From Eledone cirrhosa (Eukaryota), in contig OZ024742.1 in the NCBI GenBank assembly GCA_964016885.1, forward strand, positions 48,980,001-49,044,000: a DNA stretch of 64,000 nt, in the 5' to 3' direction. Below, in pieces: positions 54,580-64,000 of the stretch. Below the pieces are notes generated by a model that worked only from the letters and a program-made list of their open reading frames with translations, was not told the origin of the DNA and did no database searches. A program made the translations under genes and the position numbers. The stretch's first letter is position 1. Every line of letters begins with the position of its first letter.

Positions 54580-55480
54580 TTACATATTTAATTTTAGATT
54601 AAATCTGTTATGAAATAGTTTCTCTTTATTTATAGTCTCTTCTTTTGTTGAAGAATCTAAGCACTTGTAGAGGAGGGAGATTTTAAAGTTGGGTAGGTTC
54701 ATCCCTGCACAATCTGCAATGCGGCTACTTAAGGGGATTTTTCTTTTCTTTACGTCTTGGATTTGTTGGCAATGTATGGTCATTTTTGCGTAATAACACA
54801 CCCTTCTGTCCAATGTAGTTATGTCGACAACCACTGCATGTGATTAGATAGATCAGGTTCTTTGAGTTGCAAGTGAAGTTGTTTTTCACTGTAAAAGTCT
54901 AGCCATCTTTAAATGGGAATTTTTGTCCTTCAATTAAGTATAGACATGTGCCACAGTTTGTTCTTCGGCGTTTTGTTACCGTAGGGCTGGAGATTGTTTT
55001 GTGTATATTTGTTCCAGTGAAAATATGTTTTAGTGATTTGGGTTGACTTTTACTTTTAATTATCATGTGTTTCTAGAATGTTTTCCATTTTTTTACCTTT
55101 AAATAGAATGGGGAGGATTTTGGGTAGGTGGTCGAACATTTCGGTGTTTCTGGGGTTGAAGATGGATACATATGGTAAGGTAATGTTTGTGGTTCTGTGT
55201 TTTGGATTGTTAAGTTGATGAAAATTTACGTGTTTTGCTCTGTCTATTCCGTTATTAATTATGTCAAGTGGGAAGGCTCTTAAGTGTGTTTTTTAGATCA
55301 TTCTTTCTTCGCGTTTAGTTAGGTCTGATACTATGGTGCATATACGTTTGGCTAAGTTAAAAGGAATGTTAAAATTTGTATGTTTTGGGTGACTTGATGT
55401 GAATAGGAGGTACTGTTTGGAGTCCGTGGGTTTATAAAGGATGTCTGTTTCTACCTCTTTTGTATAAAACCTTAATCCAT
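54580..55480 (-). pseudogene. Penelope-like element (Neptune-type) RT thumb + zinc linker + GIY-YIG remnant
   Basis: TDILYKPTDSKQYLLFTSSHPKH..NIPFNLAKRICTIVSD; NCGTCLYL linker; FTCNSKNLIYLITCSGC..YIGQ (GIY-YIG); KEKLF..KLN. Confidence 0.85.
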
Positions 55481-55532
55481 TTTCAAATATACACAAACAC
55501 ACACACACAGACATATATATTTATATACATAT

Positions 55533-55644
<112 letters not shown>

Positions 55645-56934
55645 CAAGGAGACAAGAAAAGAAAAATCAAGAAACAATAACATGAAATATATTAGTTTCA
55701 TGCTTGGAGAAAGAATAATGAGTTACATCGTAAACGTCTCGAGCATTTGCCATTCATAAGGAACAACACAAAAGGAAAACTGCGAAGAAAATAAAGTTAA
55801 AAAATAAAAATAAATGAAAGGTCATTAAAACAAAATTTGAAATAAAAAAATATGAATGTAAAAAGGAGAGGGGGAATTGGGGCCGCAGAGGTGGGTTGAA
55901 GATTGGTCTGGCGTGCTGATTAGTTAAGGGGCCTGGATGAGGGGCATATATGCCTTGGGGTGTGTGTCTAGGTGAGGTGCACATAGCGATGCGTTTGCGC
56001 GTGTGTGGGTGTTTAGTGTGTTGTTGGTGTGGTTGTGTGTTCGCACATGTGTGTGAGTGTGTGTTGTTGGTATGGCTGTGTATTCGTACATGTGTGTGAG
56101 CATGTGTATGCTAGTATGTGTCTTTGGTAGAGATGTGTGGTTGTTGGTGTGTATTGTGTGGTTGTCTGTGTATATGTATGCGTGCGCGCCTGTTCATATT
56201 TATGTACATAAGTACTCGGGTAGGTTTTCGAGTCAAGTAGGGGCCGAGAGGAATAAAATCCAGGTAGGTTTTATTCTTAGAGGGTAAAATTCCAGGTTGG
56301 TAAGCCCGAAGTCGGGAATAGCCGTAGTAAAATGGAATAGTGAAAGGAATTGTAGCTAGTTGCATGGATTGTGGGGGGAGATGGTGGTTGTAGAGTTCTA
56401 AGGAAGAACAAGGGGCTGGGGTGTGCGTTATATTCAGCGGTCAGATAAAGTGCAGGAAATGGATTTTAAAGAAGTGTGTAGTGGGTGAGAGAGAAAGTCG
56501 GTGTGAACGAGTCAGTGTCGTACGGAGGGGGTGGCAGTGGCGGTGATGAAGGTTAAAATCGAATAGAGAAAGGAATTATGGGTAGTTGCAGGAAGTGTGT
56601 GTGTATGTACGTGTGTGTGTGTGAGTGTGTGTGTATAGGAGGGAGACAGTGGTGACAGAGTTCTTTGGAAGAACTAGGGTCGGGGAGGTGTGTTATATTC
56701 AGTGGCCAGATAGAGTTAAGGGGACGGAGGTAGAGGGAGTGTGTGATGGGTGAGGGAAAATGTCGGTGGGACGGAGACAGTGCGATACGGAAGTGATGTT
56801 GGCGGCGGTGGTGGTGTTGTTGTTGGTGGTGTGTGTGTGCAGGTGGCAGTGCTGTAGGTTAGCGGGCTCAGCCGCACGCATAGTGGTCGGAGAGTAGATG
56901 AAATACGCACACACACACACACATATATATATAT

Positions 56935-57710
56935 ATAAATGGAAAAAATGAAATTTCATTTCTCACTCTTAGTACGGCTGATACTTAAATATAAGTATGT
57001 ATACGTACATACATATATGTATACAAACGTACAGTAGTATGTATATACATACATACATGCACACATATATATATGTATGTATGGGTTTACCGAACATTTA
57101 TTATAATGTTCGGTTTGTTTGTAAACAAACAAACAGCCCAAATTAAGCCGAACAGTGTTCGGCAACAATCGTTGCCCTATTATTCAACACTGACAAAGGA
57201 ACGATGAACTAGTTTCTAGCTTATTAACTGTCACCAGCACCGTATACCTTCCTGTCAGTGGATTGAAAGTTGGAAAATATACACTTTCCTTATGCATCAT
57301 ACCGGCTGACCAGCCTAATTTGCATATCGAGCGAGTTAGTCGGCTGGGCGTACCGAAAACGATAAATGGAAAAAATGAAATTTCATTTCTCACTCTTAGT
57401 ACGGCTGATACTTAAATATAATTATGTACACGTACATACATATATGTATACAGACGTACAGTAGTATGTATATACATACATGCACACACATATATATATA
57501 TATACATATGGGTACGCCCGACTGACTAACTCACTCGATATGCAAATTAGGCTGCTCAGCCGTTAATATGCATAAGGAAAGTATATACTTTCCAACGCGC
57601 AATCTATTGACAGGAAGGTATACGTTGTTGATGACAGCTAATATGCTAGAAACTAGTTCACCGTTCCTTTGTGAGTGTTGAACAAAATGGCAAAGATGGT
57701 TGCCGAACCC
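56935..57710. mobile_element. Family A hammerhead repeat: ~428-nt unit + partial direct copy + inverted copy
   Basis: Unit start at about 56940 and 57368; inversion 57511-57710; hammerheads with single core mutations at 57201-57243 (-, CTGGTGA) and 57622-57664 (+, TTGATGA). Confidence 0.8.
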
Positions 57711-58839
57711 AGCATGTCTCGAAACTCCATGCCTCTAAAAATAGCAGCCTGGCTAAAAGGACATTAAAATTAGCTCATGATGGAGCCAACAAATATATAG
57801 TGAGATATGTATACCTACATATACGCATGCATGTAGAAGTTATGGGCAGTGTTAGTAGTGTTAAGGATGTTATTTGAGGAATGTATAGGTGGTTTGGCTG
57901 TATTAGTGTGGGGGCGGTGGTTTGTGACATATGTATAAGAAGTTTGACCAAAATTGAAAGGTACTGATTTCCTATGTACAGCATGGTAATGCAGCACCTC
58001 GTTGATGTATATAGCTTTTTTTTTACCATGGCTGCACGTATATATTCTTTCACCATGATAGATTAAGGCGGTTGTGAGTTATTGCTGTTTATGTAAAGAT
58101 GCGTTTAAAACCTGTTTAAAACCTACTAACCTGCCCCCGAAACATGTAATTCTTTAACACAAGCTTATGGAGATGCTACTCTATCAAGAAATACGGTTTT
58201 TTAGTGGCATGGAGCTTTCAAAGATACTGTCTAATTCGTCACTCTTCACTTTCATTTAAAGTATGTCTGGCGAAGATAAACATTCTCACTCATCCACATC
58301 CTCCCTACAGCCCAGATATAGTTCCATGTGATTTCCAACTTTTTCCTCAGTTAAATCGAAGTTGAAGAGTCACCATTATGGGTATGTGGAAAACATAGAA
58401 AAAATTGTAACTCTATGTTAAAGGACACTCATAGAAAATGATTTTCTGTAATGCTAGGATCAATGGCAAAAATGTAGGAATCACTGTTTTACTTCCCAGC
58501 AATCGTATATTGAAGTAGATTGCTTGTAATTTCACGTACATCTAATATACATTTAAATAAAACATCAGTTCTCTTACATTTGTGACAAACCTCTTTTATA
58601 TATATTCATTTATTATGACTAAGTAGTGAGCCTTGATTCTCATTAGACATAATAAATGAATATTTGAACTGTTTCGGGATTTCTCTCACGTCAGTCAATA
58701 ACACACGGACACACCCACGCACGCACACACACACACATATATATGTATGTGTGTGTGTATGTGTGTGTGTGTATAAACGTATATATGTGTTTTTGTATAT
58801 ATATTTATATATGAACGTACGTGTAAGTTAATACGGTTG

Positions 58840-59400
58840 TGATTGAAATACTTGAAAGTAGAATTAGAAGCTTTCGCTGTAAATTGACTGCAGAAAATGG
58901 TCTAATATTAGGACACATGAAACCTCATAATGGAAAAATGGGCATTAGTGTGTGTGGAATTCGAACCCTCATCTCTTATTTTCGCGTTAAGGGTGCTAGA
59001 GTGATTACACCAACATATCCATCCTATTGGTTTCCGTTAAACTTAGAAGTTATAGAATTAATAGCAGTGAATATGAACGAACGTGTGAATTAGGATACGG
59101 TTCCCCAGCATTAGACTATTTTATATTGTAACTTTACGATGAAAGCTTCTAAATCTCTTTCCAAATATTCAATCACCACCGTATTCTAATTCACACTTTC
59201 TTTCATATTTACTGCTATTAACTCCATAACTTTTAAATTTAAAGGAAAAAAACAAGGTGGGTGTAGTGGTGTAATCGAACTAGCACATTTATTCCGAAAA
59301 TAAGAGGTGTGGGTTCGAATCTCATTTTTCCATTATGGGGGGTTTCATATGACCTAATATTAAACTATTTTCTGTGGCCAATTTAAGGTGAAAGCAATCA
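58840..59400. repeat. Diverged inverted repeat containing a tRNA-like segment
   Basis: 58870-59101 vs 59178-59396 are reverse complementary; 59256-59325 has an A-box-like start and a GGTTCGAATC B-box. Confidence 0.6.
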
Positions 59401-60074
59401 AATTATATATATATATATGTGTGCGTGAGTCTGTGTGTGGGTGTATGTATTTGTGAGGACGCCACTGATGTGATTTGTGTATATATGTGCTATTAACGGG
59501 CTCCATCCTGCTACAACAATTTTGATCAGACTTCCGGTCTGAGGGCGGATAACTCGCTTTCTCAACGGACTTATTTCCTACTTCAACAAGACGTTAGTTT
59601 CAGCTTCTTCTATGTTTTCCACCCACCAGTTTTTGTATCTACGCAAAAGGTCATAGGCGCAGCTATTCCTTCTCCCATTAAACCATGAAACATTAAAAAG
59701 ATGATGATGATGATAATGATGATAATAATAATATCAATAATAATAATAATAATAATAATAACAATAATAAAAATAATAAGAATGACAAAAATAATGGTAA
59801 TGAATCTGCCTCCAGTCTTGATACAGTCACGAGTATCATCAGTGTAAATGGAAGTGAACAGGGCGTTTACTTAATGATGATGAAGTTGTACTTAACACCT
59901 TTTAATGTACAACGATTGTGTAACTATGAACTTTTCATATTGACAATATTTTTATTATTATTATTCTTGATAGAAAATCTTGAAGAAAAAAAAACACAAG
60001 AAACTGGTGAAGGAAAATGAAACAAAACGATAAAACAGATAATGAAACAAGACCTTAACACCGGAATATAAAGA

Positions 60075-60264
60075 TAATTGTTTCTACTTTTTGGCACAAG
60101 GCCAGCAAATTACCCAGTGCATTACTGGTACTTTATTTTATCGACCCCGAAAGGATGAAAGGCAAAGTTCACCTCGGCGGGATTTGAACTAAGATCATAC
60201 AGGGACGTAACTCTATACTTCAAAGCATACAGTCTGACCCTCTACCGATACTGCCAATCCACCG
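60075..60264 (-). mobile_element. tRNA-derived SINE
   Basis: Reverse complement of the family consensus. Confidence 0.85.
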
Positions 60265-60346
60265 AAAGATAATGAACTGAAAAGTGCAAAAAATAATTCT
60301 ACTTCGTACATTTCAAGTAGGAATATGTGGATATCAATTCTGGCGT

Positions 60347-60376
<30 letters not shown>

Positions 60377-60377
<1 letters not shown>

Positions 60378-60467
60378 GGAACCAGTAAGACCCCGACAGC
60401 TGAGCTCAAGCCGTTTCGACGGCTAATTCTGGACATGGTCCACCTGGTTCCTTACCACATTTCCTTC

Positions 60468-60472
<5 letters not shown>
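60377..60472. repeat. Rearranged (internally inverted) terminal fragment of the 5340-7400 family
   Basis: 60377-60433 and 60434-60472 match the family in opposite orientations; (TA)n on both sides. Confidence 0.8.
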
Positions 60473-60536
<64 letters not shown>

Positions 60537-60586
60537 GCATATATCTACACACACATACGCACATATACTGTATATAAATATGTATG

Positions 60587-60617
<31 letters not shown>

Positions 60618-60664
60618 TTATATATATATATATATACATACATATTTATATATATATACATATT

Positions 60665-60693
<29 letters not shown>

Positions 60694-60698
<5 letters not shown>

Positions 60699-61499
60699 AA
60701 GAATTAATATCTAGTAACATATATATACATACAGATGCATATCAATGCTAGCAAAAATATAGGTTTTGTCTTAGTAACATTGTGGTTCAATGCATGGGGT
60801 TGCAGAACAATAATATGAGAGACGTAAAATAAGAAAATTATAAAATTAACTTACTAACTAAAATATCACTTCCAACTAAATAGTTTCTGGAATGGAGTAA
60901 ATATATTTTCAGAAGAAGATATTGAGAAACATTCCGTCGTCAGGGAAGTCTATTCTCAGCTAAGTTTCCAGGCAAAGCGAGGACTCTGGAAACTTATTAA
61001 AAAATAATTCAGTGGATAGGAAATAGCAAAGCGTGGACTGAATTCCTAGCCATTGAGAAAATCGCTGCCTCTGCGTCTGTGGCAAATTCAAAAAGAATCA
61101 ATCACGTGACATCGAGGTCAATCAGTGGAAAGTGGTTTGCTAATAAGACAGCGGCCTGCCTACTACCATAGCAGCAGTCATGGCCAATATTGCTCGACAA
61201 ATAATTTGGAGATAATTATAAAGAATTAATATCTAGTAACATATATATACATACAGATGCATATCAATGCTAGCAAATATATAGGTTTTGTCTTAGTAAC
61301 ATTGTGGTTCAATGCATGGGGTTGCAGAACAATAATATGAGAGACGTAAAATAAGAAAATTATAAAATTAACTTACTTACTAAAATATCACTACCAACTT
61401 CTGAAAATATATTTACTCCATTCCAGAAACTAATTAGTTGGAAGTGATATTTTAGTAAGTAAGTTAATTTTATAATTTTCTTATTTTACGTCTCTCATA
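60694..61499. mobile_element. Hammerhead-bearing ~522-nt unit + partial direct repeat + inverted copy; family F
   Basis: 60694-60877 is repeated at 61216-61399; 61398-61499 is the reverse complement of about 60814-60915; (TA)n on both sides. Confidence 0.85.
60868..60949 (-). ncRNA. Type I hammerhead ribozyme (family F)
   Basis: Minus strand reads ACTTCC-CTGACGA-cGGAATG..CATTCCa-GAAA-CTATTTAG-TT-GGAAGT; the inverted copy has the palindromic ACTAATTAGT stem III. Confidence 0.82.
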
Positions 61500-61595
<96 letters not shown>

Positions 61596-61597
<2 letters not shown>

Positions 61598-61850
61598 TAA
61601 AAAGGGATAGAAAATGCTGACAAATGTTTCCCACTGAAAAATAGTTTAATAATTTGCTCTAATATTAGAGCAAAAATCACAAGAACTCTATCTCAAAATT
61701 ATTTTTGAAAAGCATAAGAAATACGCAACCGGTAAAAACTTAAAACTAAAACTGATTACTAACTAATAATTATTACTAATTTATACTTATTCCTAATTAA
61801 ACTATTTTTCACTTGGAAAAATGTGTCACCATTTTCTTTTCCTTTTACTA
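61596..61850. repeat. Element end with ~55-bp terminal inverted repeat; mirrored by 62402-62590
   Basis: AGAAAATGCTGACAAAT..GAAAAATAGTTTAAT occurs at 61609 (+), about 61797-61838 (-) and 62414 (+). Confidence 0.65.
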
Positions 61851-61918
61851 ATATATCACAACTCGTGTGTCACACCTCTATTTTTTAAAATGTATATATA
61901 TAAACACACACATATACA

Positions 61919-62404
<486 letters not shown>

Positions 62405-62901
62405 TAAACGGAATAGAAAATGCTGACAAATTGTTCACAGTGAAAAATAGTTTAATTAGGAATAAGTGAGAATTAGTAATAGTATTGGTTAGTATTGAGT
62501 TTTGGTTTTTACCCGTTGAGCATTTCTAATGGTTTTCAAAAATAATCTTGAGCTAGAGCGTCCGTCATGTTTGCTCTGATCTGATTAGTTTTGGGAATTC
62601 TACCTGTTTTTATGTTAAAAAAGTGGCTCCAGCGGTATTAAAATAATTTTTGCGCCAATTCGTGTTGCAAAAATTTTTGTGGTCAAAACAATTTTGATTG
62701 GTCGGTAGAGGTCATGTGAATGTAAAAAATTGATTTTGCGCCAAATGTAGGTTTGTGTCGGCTGACTGAGAAATAGGTCTTTCATAACAAATATGTGTGT
62801 GTGTGTAGTAGTAGTAGTAAAGAGGTTCGTTGTTGTGATAATGGTCAGCAGGGATGTGTGTGCGAACCGCAGCCTGTTGACAGTTCAAATGCCTATTAAG
62901 A

Positions 62902-63665
<764 letters not shown>

Positions 63666-63884
63666 TGTATGTGCCCATCAGTGTGCAATGCATGTGTGCG
63701 TTAATGTATGTGTGTGTGTCGGCACGTTTATATCTATAGACATCAAAAGGTATGCAAATTTGTGTATATTCGTGTTGCACCATAGAACATGTGTGTTTAC
63801 GTATGTCATTGTGTTTATATGTGGGTAGAGATGTGTGCTGATGTAGGTATGTATGTTGACGTGTGTATGTTGTGGGTTCGTCTT

Positions 63885-64000
63885 AGGGAGAAGTGTTTAG
63901 ACGGGGTCCGTATTTGTTAATAAAGTAAGATTCCTTGCTGATGCGCTGGGTGTGCGTGGCATTATCTTTAAATTTGTAGAGGGGAAAGATTCTGAAGTTG
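63885..64000 (-). pseudogene. C-terminus of a Penelope-like GIY-YIG ORF running off the window
   Basis: Manual translation NFRIFPLYKFKDNATHTQRISKESYFINKYGPRLNTSP*; parallels the end of the 54580 PLE remnant. Confidence 0.65.

Noticed and set aside
59256-59325. tRNA gene
   Set aside because: Acceptor and D stems do not pair convincingly; treated as tRNA-derived repeat sequence.

Overview
AT-rich, microsatellite-saturated eukaryotic (metazoan) non-coding DNA. The SINE family and repeat landscape suggest an octopus-like cephalopod (inference). No host protein-coding exon can be supported, and almost all listed ORFs are (TA)n/(CA)n/(TAA)n artefacts. The window is a mosaic of retroelements: two decayed RLE-type (R4/Dong-like) LINEs, one near full-length Tx1/L1-type LINE sitting in (TAA)n, RTE and CR1-like fragments, Penelope-like (PLE) RT/GIY-YIG remnants, hAT and Tc1/IS630-type transposase relics, more than 10 copies of a tRNA-derived SINE, and three copies of a ~610-bp RTE-related non-autonomous element. 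The main hidden signal is a set of at least five unrelated non-coding repeat families carrying type I hammerhead ribozymes with an intact core (CUGANGA...GAAA...UH, usually with a palindromic stem III), plus further degenerate ones. They occur as 430-540-nt tandem units and/or fold-back inversions embedded in (TA)n tracts, the architecture of Penelope pseudo-LTRs/retrozymes. All ribozyme calls were made by eye and need covariance-model and cleavage tests. Boundaries are approximate.
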